DNA of 20,000 bases, taken from NCBI GenBank assembly GCA_000934665.2, contig KZ538384.1:56132-76131 (forward strand), given 5' to 3'. Below, piece by piece: positions 10,701-20,000 of the stretch. The stretch comes from Catajapyx aquilonaris. Lineage: Eukaryota. Within the stretch, counting starts at the first letter, position 1, and every line of letters starts with the position of its first letter. Both the position numbers and the translations under genes were made by a program. The notes beneath the pieces are model-generated. The model was not told the origin of the DNA. It saw only the letters and a list, made by a program, of their open reading frames with translations, and did no database searches.

Positions 10701-12439
10701 CGGCGGAAGGAATCAGCCCAGCATTCCCTGGAAGTAATTGACCCTACACTTCGCCCATTATCTGGACAAAACAATACCTTTTTATGGAAGTTGACCGTCC
10801 CCTTGCCAAAAAAATAAAAAATAACATTGCAAGCGCGTCATCAGCGCGTCTCGCTTTTAATCGCGTGCTGATCAAAACCCAGCCCCTAAGGTCGCAGACT
10901 TATAAATCAGGACCCTGCAAGGTCAGCATCTGGTCCTTGCAGGTACCGCCGGCAAGAGTTTGTCAACACGCATGCCAATTTCGCAATTTTTAAAGCAAGT
11001 CCTATTTTGGGTATGTGATATCGTGCTGTGTGCAAGCTCAAAATAGTTCAAAAATTCAGACTCTTTTTTTTTACATAATAAAAAGAGAATTTTCCAACCA
11101 CTAATGAAGACAATAAAACCCGGAAGTGCAAAAGTTTTTTTCACGCACCCTACTGTGTCGAAACCTGAGTTGCGTGTATGGGCTATTGGTTGTGGAAGTC
11201 TTAATTATTCAGGTTTTTAAAAACAATCAGCACTTCTTTCTTCTTCTTTTTTTTTTTTGCTTGCACATATGCAAATGACTGAGATAATTGCACTTCGCTC
11301 TCGAGTCGAAAGTCACGCTCCCTTCTACTTGACGTCACGTTCCAGTGACCCATATATAACGTGACGACAATGCAGCTTCGCACAATAATACTGCTTGCAA
11401 TTAAAAGGCGATCATTAAGTAATTCCCACCCTGGGGCTGTCATAAAGGTTTATAGTGTTACATCACGGTCATTGTAGGGTGGTGTACTGCTCATGGGCAT
11501 AAATGATGTGCAAAATGACACTATAATGAGTTATGAAATTCCAACATTAGGTAATTCTGACAAAGACATGTAGCGTATGTGCTCACGTGGGGAAATCCCT
11601 ATTTGAAAATAGCTAATTCATGGCAGCACGATACCGGATTTTCCCATTTAATACGACGCACACTTTTATGAATGACCGCAAAATCCCCCCCTTTTAAAAT
11701 GAAAAAGGACAGCCAATTTTTACCTCCGAAACGTCCGTGGACAGTAGCACCGAACAACATCCTGATTTGTTCAACAATCACTTCCTCGTTCCAAAGCACC
11801 CGACCAGAACCGACACAATTTCGCGCCGCAATTGTACAAGAAACACAAACTATCGAAGGTCAACATATGCTCATATATACACACCAAGTCTAATCAGCCG
11901 ATCATAATCGAGCTGACCATAAATTTCAGATAGTGATTGAAACTTTTCCTCTTGTTGCACCAGGCAGGAAAAATATTATACAGGAAAAAAAAACTTTCTC
12001 TTTCCTCTTTCCTGCTGTACAACCGGAGGGATGTTCCAACCATGTGTACATACCAATTACCGATTCGATCCGTACATTTCATAACATATAGGAAACTTTT
12101 CCCTCTGAGCGACTTCAACGTCCGATTATGCAAGTATCGCACAGCATGTTCAGAAATAACCGGACCCAACAATAACACCTTGTTTGCAATATATTTATCT
12201 CAGGTTGACCTCTGAACCAAAATAGGTGGCCCCAAGCGTGCGTCTGCTAGTTTGAACCCGACCGATGTTATGTTGCCCAACAACCCTTCGATGGATACTT
12301 ACATCACCATGGCTGAATTCTTCATTATCCGGCCGCATGGTCCGAACTGTTGGATGGGACTCGGTGCATTCAAGGACCTGGTTCGCCTGTAAAAAATAGT
12401 AAGCAAATTAGTACAGTGTAATTATTGCATCGGGGTGGA

Positions 12440-12511
<72 letters not shown>

Positions 12512-12977
12512 CGCACGTTGCCAAATATAGCTGTCAGCCAAAACGCGATTGTAAGATTACGGTACTATCCTCGCATTGCATGTCTGCATTTTTCCCTCTA
12601 GCTATTAGCCGGTTTTGTGCAGGAAGCCCGGGGTTACCCACTGGCGATAACATGCCCATGGGGGAATAATATTTCCACGTCTGATATCTGCCCCGCAAGG
12701 TCAATCTTACCATAAATATAGCGCTTATTTCCAAACCAAGCCCTTCTTGTAATACCAGACAGCAATACGGCTCAGAAATTATCCAAAATGCACACGCACG
12801 TGCTACGTACTGAAAAGTGCCGTCAGGTACCGACATCTGCCGGCGTATATCTGACGGGTCTAACCTGAGTATCTTGACGCTTCCATTGGCGTTGACGAAC
12901 TTGATCCTGGCCACCGGATGACCCGGGTCGTCCGACACTGGCTCGGACGCCCCATCCACTTCGTACACCGTGTCCAT
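7779..12977 (-). CDS. NADK: NAD kinase (cytosolic NADK1 type), isoform using the proximal first exon, 440 aa
   Basis: Exons on -: 12977-12811, 12386-12303, 9661-9532, 9472-9175, 9029-8832, 8639-8399 and 7983-7779, totalling 1323 nt, all GT-AG and in phase. Motifs: [94 protein letters not shown]. Confidence 0.96.
10131..10174 (-). CDS. Possible short alternative first coding exon of NAD kinase ([15 protein letters not shown])
   Basis: ATG at 10174 and a phase-2 donor TG|GTTAGT at 10130 are compatible with exon 9661. The preceding codon gives IMKN, as in the shared exon. No homology evidence. Confidence 0.3.
12443..12508. repeat. (CA)33 microsatellite; (UG)33 in the NADK pre-mRNA
   Basis: Perfect dinucleotide run of 66 bp, read directly. 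Confidence 0.98.
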
Positions 12978-14565
12978 CTCGATCGGTGGTCAATTAACCG
13001 TCTGAGTGCTTTATGTGGTGATTGGGGCGGTGCGTTCGACTGCCCCCGACGACGCCTCCTCTCTTTCTCGCTCTCTTTCTCTCACTCACCACTTTTACCC
13101 TCTCCCGGTTACGTAATAGCGTGTAACTACTAGTCATGTGATCACCTGATGTTCCCATTTTTCCCTTTCCACTCAGTAAGTAAACAATAACATAGAGAGG
13201 GACAGGGTGAAAAAAAATGTGTACAATATGCAAATTGAGATCCGATATGTCCAAGCCTTATGTAAAGGTTAGGCTATATATCCATCTATTCTAATGTCGT
13301 GTTTGTGACTCAATCCTTGCCATCATTTACTCGCTGAACTGGAACAAGAAACGCAAGAATGATATTGCGATCATCCGGTGTTGGTTGTAACAAATGTGGT
13401 TCATATATACGTTACGACATGCTCGGAATTGTAATAATCAGACACTAAGGGTATTCCCGCGAGGATAATTTCAGTCACATTACGTTCTATTTTCAAAGAC
13501 GAAAGTACCATGCAAGTGTAATAAATGTGCAAAAAAAACGATCTGACTTTCCCACGTGGTCTTGCCGGATCATGCATATATGGTCATGCTATAAAACTGC
13601 ATGCAATTATAAATAAGCTACAAAAATAAAATTTATGGCCCCAACAACACAGTTAAACGCTTGCACAATAAACTGCATTGTCACAAAATGAAGTGTCACC
13701 TTCAATTACTTCTCCGTTTCAACATGAATTAGAGCAATGCTCTCTTTTATATTCTCATTGCGAATGTGAGGTTCTAAGATACACGAAAAAGCAATTCGCG
13801 GAGAACAGACCTAAGCTGACACAATCTTTCTTTTCCATACTTTTTTTTCTCAGTTTTTCTTACGCAACTTACCAGACGTGCGATAAAACTACGGTTAGTC
13901 AAGTATACGTCTGATCCAAGGTCTCATCATGAGAGTCGGTTATTGAAAAACACACTCTGAATTTCGGGGCAATAAATTATAACAGGTTTCACGATTCACT
14001 TTAGCACAGTAGTGGCCATTACGCTCTAATGCGAACAAGAGAAAGGCGTGGAAAATGTCTTCATGAAGCGTAAATTCTTCACCTTACATTTCCTGAGAAA
14101 CATCAATGAGCTACGCATATTTTCATGGTTTGGGTTGGTTTTATTATGATTAATTAGTTGACAAAAATTCCCTTGCGATCTGATTAGAACTGTTTCGATA
14201 TATTCATGAGAAATGCATGAGCATTTACATTCTATTTAAAAACAAACAACTGTACTTTCTTAAATAATGTTTCGGACATTCACCCAAACGGGAAATTACT
14301 TCCATTTGTCGGGATATTGACTCGTAGGCTACAATACAACCTAGAACTTCATCAGTGTACCGGCACATCACCTTCAAAGGTCGCTGAATACCAGTTAATG
14401 AAACTGTTTACATTCAGAGGACATGACCTGCATTCACCGCATGATTCACTGCGTTAAACAAGACGAACTATATGTATACGCCAGTTTTCCCTTTCCTTGT
14501 CCTGATGTCAGATGTTCAGATAGTCACATACAATGCATTTGAGGCACGTGCAGAAGCGCCTAATT

Positions 14566-14819
14566 CAGTCCTTCCCAATTTCTGTCGTTGGCGACCCCAA
14601 ATAATCGTCTTGTAAAATTTGCGACTCCCTATACGTGCACATTTCGATCCGCCAACATGAAAAGACAGGTAAACAGTGAAATGACCTCACCTTATGGTCA
14701 TGATTTTCAAGAAAGATATAGCATCATTTTGTGAAAATAATTTGTTGCCCTCCCTGGCGACCCCAAATATTATTTTCGCGACCCCAGGGGTCGCGACCCA
14801 CAATATTTGGGAAGCAGTG
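14566..14819. mobile_element. Non-autonomous hAT (Charlie/Buster-like) DNA transposon / MITE, 254 bp
   Basis: TIRs CAGTCCTTCCCAA (14566-14578) and TTGGGAAGCAGTG (14807-14819) are 11/13 complementary. The 8-bp flanks GCCTAATT (14558-14565) and CCCTAATT (14820-14827) match 7/8 with a central TA. Subterminal GCGACCCC repeats at 14591, 14757 and 14778. No coding capacity. Confidence 0.88.
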
Positions 14820-16545
14820 CCCTAATTCAATGGATAGCACGAGCAGTTTATTGTATCTGAATCACAATGCCCAGGACCGTATTGACGTTTGGGTCGCGTG
14901 AATCAAGGGCATCCCCTACTAGATCTATAACATGGCCGTGAATTATTGAAGACCTGCTTAACTTCGTCCTTGTTTCCCTTCTACAAAAATTATACACGGC
15001 AACAAAAAGGCATACACGCGATTTTTAGAAGAAATTCTCCAGTCCTTGAGACTGTACTGTACATAAGTAGCGTGTAACTTACAGGTTCTAGCCACTTCTA
15101 GTCTCGTGACATAACAAAATCGAGTTTTAGTCAGAAAAATATGACTTCACCATGACCCACGATACACAATCGTCCACTAACAGGGCGTCGCTTCATGAAT
15201 AACACTTTCGAGGTCCATCAGCCAATTAGACGTTTCGGGCTAATGGCATTTTCTTTTTTTCTCCTCGCACATCACATTAGTCAGCACAAATGCAAGTACT
15301 CTCGCCCTGTAAGTATTTTATGTGGCATCCAGATATATTACCACTTCGTTGCACAAATGCCAGATGTGCACAATAATAACCAGAGCCCCTATACATCAGT
15401 TACGCAAGAATTGCATTTCCATATACTAGTACTTTTCGATCTAAAGAGAGAGAAAAATACTCTACCGCTGCAATATTGGACTACACAAAAGCATTCCACG
15501 TTCATGTGAATACGTCAACATGAACCCGAAACAAAGGCCTGGATTCTATTGCATTGCAACCCAGAATGCACTCTATGTGCAGATATAACCTGAAACGAGG
15601 ACCGGAAAAAAAAGTGCAATAACATGAAGAGTTACAGAGACAGCATTCCTGGCTGGCACAGTACTGGTTTTCCTTGGAAGTCTAAAGAGTCATGCCTCAC
15701 ACTATTAGCAGTATCCTCGAAGCGTGAATACCACTTCTGAGTGATAGCCCTCCACTGTAAATAATGTTAGGAACTGTCCGTGATGCAACAACGGCTGTTG
15801 CCTCATTGAAAAGGATATCACGGCCTCAGCTGATGCTGAGCACTTTTCCCAAACTTTTTTTTACCACATTTTTTTTACTACTCTCCGCACCCATGCTCAG
15901 CTTGTAATCAGTAGTCGCCCTGACTACGAAATGAGAGTTACAACCCTCAGAAAAAAAATTCCTAACGAGGTACACACAGGTGCCAGGGGCGGGTCACAAA
16001 AAAAAGTGAATGTTTGCAAAACACACACAGATTTCTACGACTCATCCACAAGAATTGTCCTACTGACTTGAAAGGTGTGACTATATAAACGGCCTCATTT
16101 CTCCATATTGCACGACCCATGTCTCACAGAAAAAAGGCTCCTTTCCCTTCCTGTGCAGGCCTACGTGCCAAAGGGACACCCATTTCCACCTGTGTGTGGA
16201 GGAGAAACGAGAACCATAACGAGACGATGTGTGTCACAGTCCTCAATGGTACAAGGAAGTGTGGTCTATACCTGTGGAGACACCGCCTTAATTCAACCCC
16301 AAACGCGGTAATGTACAACCCTCGCGCTGACACCATGTTGTCCTATACATATGACAATCTCCGACGTACCGATGTACTTTTTTTTCTTGTAATGTACAAA
16401 AGTATGTATTAACACAATACAGTTTTCAGGTAATATTTCAGCTCTATGCCAACGGGGAATCCCCAACATCATGGGAACACCCAACCGGCGACAGCTACCC
16501 TCCCAGCCTGGAACTACCCAACCGACACCTCCGCCATCTACTTAC

Positions 16546-16712
16546 GGCCACGTCCCAGACCGTTTCCGTCTCTTTCCGTTCACGGCCTCTAGAGCCAGCA
16601 GGAAGTCTGTTTCAGTCCAAGGCTCCTGGTCCAACTCCAACTCATCCCTGCCCATCACCACACCCGGAAGATCCAGGTTGGATCCAACCCACCGCAGCTT
16701 CCGATGGGGCAT
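16546..16712 (-). CDS. NADK: NAD kinase distal alternative first coding exon
   Basis: ATG at 16712 with an in-frame TAG just upstream. Encodes MPHRKLRWVGSNLDLPGVVMGRDELELDQEPWTETDFLLALEAVNGKRRKRSGTW-P, followed by a perfect GTAAGT donor at 16545 in phase 2. Joining to exon 12386 gives [19 protein letters not shown], which resembles insect NADK N-termini as I recall them. Confidence 0.85.
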
Positions 16713-19660
16713 TTCCAACAGGGGCTAAAGCAACCAGTCTGTCTGCAACGGCGGCCTTCTCCCAACTCACATGCAAACACTACTCTACACGGCACCAAAC
16801 CGCGCACGCTTTATGGCAGCCCACGCCCACCGAAAACTACTCCTCAACTACTACTGTCCCCATGTACCCTTCACTCCTTGGTGCACTGCTGGTGAAATCA
16901 ACCCCCCCTCCCCTTTGAGAAAGCGCCATCTTTTGTAGCCGCATGCCGACCGAGACTCATCCCTGTATTGCTATGTGACCTCAGCTAATCGCACCCTATC
17001 ACGTTGCGCTGTAATGAGACGCACGTGACTGACCACTTATCGCCTCCGTCAAGTTCATGGCCCGTCATCAACTTGTTTATCTCTGGGCACGCCGAATTTT
17101 CCGGATAACACCAGTCTATCTGCTGGAAACTTTCTTCATATTAGCATATGCGGTCCATACTGAAAACTATTGTCAATTATCATGGCTTCTTTCATGCTAC
17201 TGTATCCATCGACCTACTTCTTGCCCACCTTGTACGAATAATCAGCTGCTCGATGCACAGATCTAATTACATGATTTATCTTCGGTTTGTCGATCACTTC
17301 AGGAGAGATCGCAGGCGTTTTCCAAAAAGCTGGATTTGGAGAAACTTTTTTTTCTTCTTCTTAATCCGCTTTCTGCTCATTGTTCACGCTCGTGTCAGAT
17401 GACAGCTCTTTTGATCACGCTCCACTCCAAATGATTAAAATACCAGAAGGCATATGGACACGAAACTTCGGTGTTTACATGTTGCATAACACGTGTCCCG
17501 TGACGCTATGATTTACCGGCCCCATTTTTGTCAAATCCGAATCTGTATTATTGACCAATCAAAATTCCAGACTGTCCAGCCCTGGCGCATAATTTTGAAA
17601 GTTGTGAGGTAAGTTCGTAGAATTTAGGTCCTCCACCAAAGTTAAGTCATCCAGATCTCCCAAGAAAACTTTCTTCGAGCAGACCTTCACCATTGGATCA
17701 CACTACCTGAGGGTAGCATTCAGGTAGCATTCTTTTCCAGCAGCCGGACTGAAAAATTCCAGCATCGTCGAGCCCGCAATGTAATTATCTCAACAGGGCA
17801 AGATGAACTTTCAAGAGGGCCCCTGAAGGTCGGAAGACCAGTTTTTCTCTTCCATATAACCATCGAAACGCAACAGGCGGTCCAATTGCTGGGGACAACA
17901 ACAGCTGACCTTCTCCGGCCCTTAGATGAACTAACGGTCAATCGGTCGCCTCCAATGATGGCCCGCTGTTTCCATTCATATCGGCAAAAATGGGTCAAAT
18001 AATGCACCAACTTCCCGAATGAGGAAATAATCTGACATCACGAGTAACCTTCAAAGCTTGAGGCTTCCTGTTACTTTTTTGAAACAACCATCAGCACCTC
18101 TCTCTTTCTTGCCTCTTGTTTCCACGCCCCAATCCGCTTCTTAGCTCATTAGGAAAAATCCATTTCATCTCTGTCACCATGCAAGTTCGGCCAGTGCGTC
18201 ACCAACCTACGTCAGATCACGACCTACGTCCTTTTTGCCCTCTTATGGATTGGAATTTTTTTCGGGAGTATACACAATGGGTGTAAATATTACGATTGGT
18301 TCAAAGACCTTTGGATAATTGCGGTGTACCTACGTTTAAAAAGCATTTGAAGGAATGTGGGAGGTACGAAGAATGCGGGCCGATTTTTTGGAGGTGGCCT
18401 TGAAATGCGAACCAGGCAAATTATTTACAGCATTTCTGCAATTCCAGTCGGAGTGTAATTCAATGCCCGCGACTAGATGAGCACGTGATGTCTAGGTTTC
18501 AACCAGTTGCAACAGGTGATTGCCAAGCAATTGACACCTACAGGTTGCGAATTGCATAGCCTTGCTAGTATAGTTAGCACACCTATTTGGCAGCTGTAAA
18601 TATTCTATTTTTAATGCCATGGCTTTCTAATACTGTATAAACAAAAAATCGCTGGTGTACTCCATGGAAAATTGTCAAACCATGCTAAAATAATGACTGT
18701 CAATTTCCCCCCACAAAAGGTGCTTACAGAAGTAACATGTATACTGTGCAGTTGCCATGTATGTAGCCTGCGCTGATGTATCCTGAGTGGTCATACAAAG
18801 CCAATAATTAGTCATGAAGGTACTACACTAAAGGCAGAACAATGCAGATGAACATCGCGCAACTTCACAACGTAAGTGCCTTTAAAACAATTAGTACCAG
18901 TAAGTAACGGTGCCGACACGAAAATCAAAGAACTCTATTTCGACTACGCCATAAGTCCGTAAGTCTAGGTTCAATTGAAACTGGTTTGGAATATCAAATA
19001 AACTGGCTTCCGTCGCAATGTCACTAACTATGCCCACTACTAATTAGCCACACTGACCAACGTGACGGAAAAAGCGACACACAGATGAGTTGCTATGATA
19101 TCCATGATGTGGGATGTGACAAGTGTGGATATTGAAACACGGGCACATGTCCAAACCAGGGACATTCGAATCGATGATATTGCAGTAACATTTATAGGGC
19201 AAAGGATGGACAAGGGTACATAGGTGATGACTGGTGAGTATATAGTGCATGGTGACGCGCACGAGTTACACGCCTTATCAGTGATAAAGCACGTGCTACA
19301 CAGAAGCACTGGTAATATGATGAATTATAATGACCGAAAAAGGAAAAAAAAAAGTATCATTTTCTCTCTCTCCCAGCCTTGGCTTTCTCAAGACTTAGCA
19401 ATTCGAGAGGAGAAAGCCTGACGAGAAGTTCTTGACCAATGAGCCTATCGATATTCGATTCATTTCACTATAGCACATGTCACAACTCTCCGCTTCCTGT
19501 CGCATGAGTTCCATTTAAAAACGAACTGCTAAATATTTTTTCCCTCTGATGTCACATGTTTATGCGAGGCTTTGTTGACTAATTTGAAGTATTGCAACTT
19601 TATGATGGCGAGTTAAATTTAACAATTCTGTGTCTTATTAAAATAATGCGTCAGCTTTTC

Positions 19661-19868
19661 GTTGGTTTGGTTTTGTTGGTTGTGACAAAGCTTCTGAGGC
19701 TATCTGGCGTTCGTGTGATGGGTTTTTGGTAGTGGAAGGAAACGGGAGAACCCTGAGAAAACCCACCCAAACACGGCGAGAACCCATCGAAACTCTTCCA
19801 CATAAGTGTCCTCCGTCCGACCCGGGGATCGAACTCTGGACCTTACAGGTGGGTGAGCTTTTCGCACT
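19661..19868 (-). mobile_element. tRNA-derived SINE with V-SINE-like central domain; 5' end decayed or truncated
   Basis: On -: Pol III B box GAGTTCGATCCCC (19836-19824); then TGTGGAAGAGTTTCGATGGGTTCTCGCCGTGTTTGGGTGGGTTTTCTCAGGGTTCTCCCGTTTCCTTCCAC (19802-19732), which resembles the V-domain consensus as I recall it; then a CCAA/CAAA-rich tail to 19661. No clear A box, so the 5' boundary is approximate. Confidence 0.78.
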
Positions 19869-19906
19869 ATGATAATGTTACAGGTTCTAATAACTATACT
19901 GTCTTA

Positions 19907-20000
19907 AGGGCGCACGGTCACGACGATTTTTCCCACTCGCGGAGGCCAAGTTGGGCCGAGGGACGGGTGCAGCGTTGTGTTCGCACCGCCGGTGTGGCCG
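19907..20000. mobile_element. Possible terminus of a DNA transposon/MITE running off the window
   Basis: Abrupt switch to GC-rich sequence right after TTAA, starting AGGGCGCACGGTCAC. This is reminiscent of PIF/Harbinger-type ends, but the other end is not visible. Confidence 0.25.

Noticed and set aside
10914..10943. Hairpin CCTGCAAGG...CCTTGCAGG
   Set aside because: A 9-bp stem of about 30 nt total is too short for a pre-miRNA and is plausible by chance.
13850..13930. C/D snoRNA-like box pair on - (ATGATGA...CTGA, 81 nt) in the NADK intron
   Set aside because: No good terminal stem, no clear C'/D' boxes and no recognisable rRNA guide. A snoscan/Infernal hit would be needed to revive it.
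13860..15090. Strong donor-like GTAAG sites on - near 13872, 14087 and 15082 as further NADK first coding exons
   Set aside because: None has an open ATG-initiated frame ending in phase 2. Non-coding exons remain possible but are unsupported.
16108..16895. Overlapping ORF-track ORFs around 16.1-16.9 kb
   Set aside because: No motifs. ORF 16471-16728(+) is the antisense of the real NADK exon and the rest are expected by chance.
19040..19453. Short ORFs 19040-19421 and a DRE-like TATCGATA at 19446-19453
   Set aside because: No recognisable protein or splice structure, and a single 8-mer is not enough to call a promoter.
19820..19870. tRNA gene suggested by GTTCGATCCC
   Set aside because: No cloverleaf or A box, and it runs into a SINE body and tail, so it is the SINE head.
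1..20000. Prokaryote-type systems (CRISPR arrays, operons, defence islands)
   Set aside because: The genes contain spliceosomal introns and I saw no repeat-spacer array.

Overview
Eukaryotic genomic DNA, most likely arthropod (insect-like protein sequences, many 58-67-nt introns). Exons were assembled by hand from splice signals and reading phase. Contents: (1) two tandem i-type (destabilase-like) lysozyme paralogues on +, 585-1321 (5' end unresolved) and 1624-2435 (173 aa); (2) a complete 9-exon NOM1/Sgd1-family gene on - (6923-2564, 918 aa) whose intron 2 has textbook U12 (minor spliceosome) signals; (3) a cytosolic NAD kinase gene on - (stop at 7779) with two well-supported alternative first coding exons (12977-12811 and 16712-16546) and a possible third. 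A (CA)33 microsatellite and a 254-bp hAT MITE with a target-site duplication lie in the NADK introns, and a V-domain tRNA-derived SINE lies near the window end. I see no convincing evidence of a wholly new biological system. The best leads are the U12 intron, the modular NADK N-termini, and the strongly diverged lysozyme paralogue that lacks the catalytic Glu, swaps a cysteine pair and carries an EF-hand-like loop.
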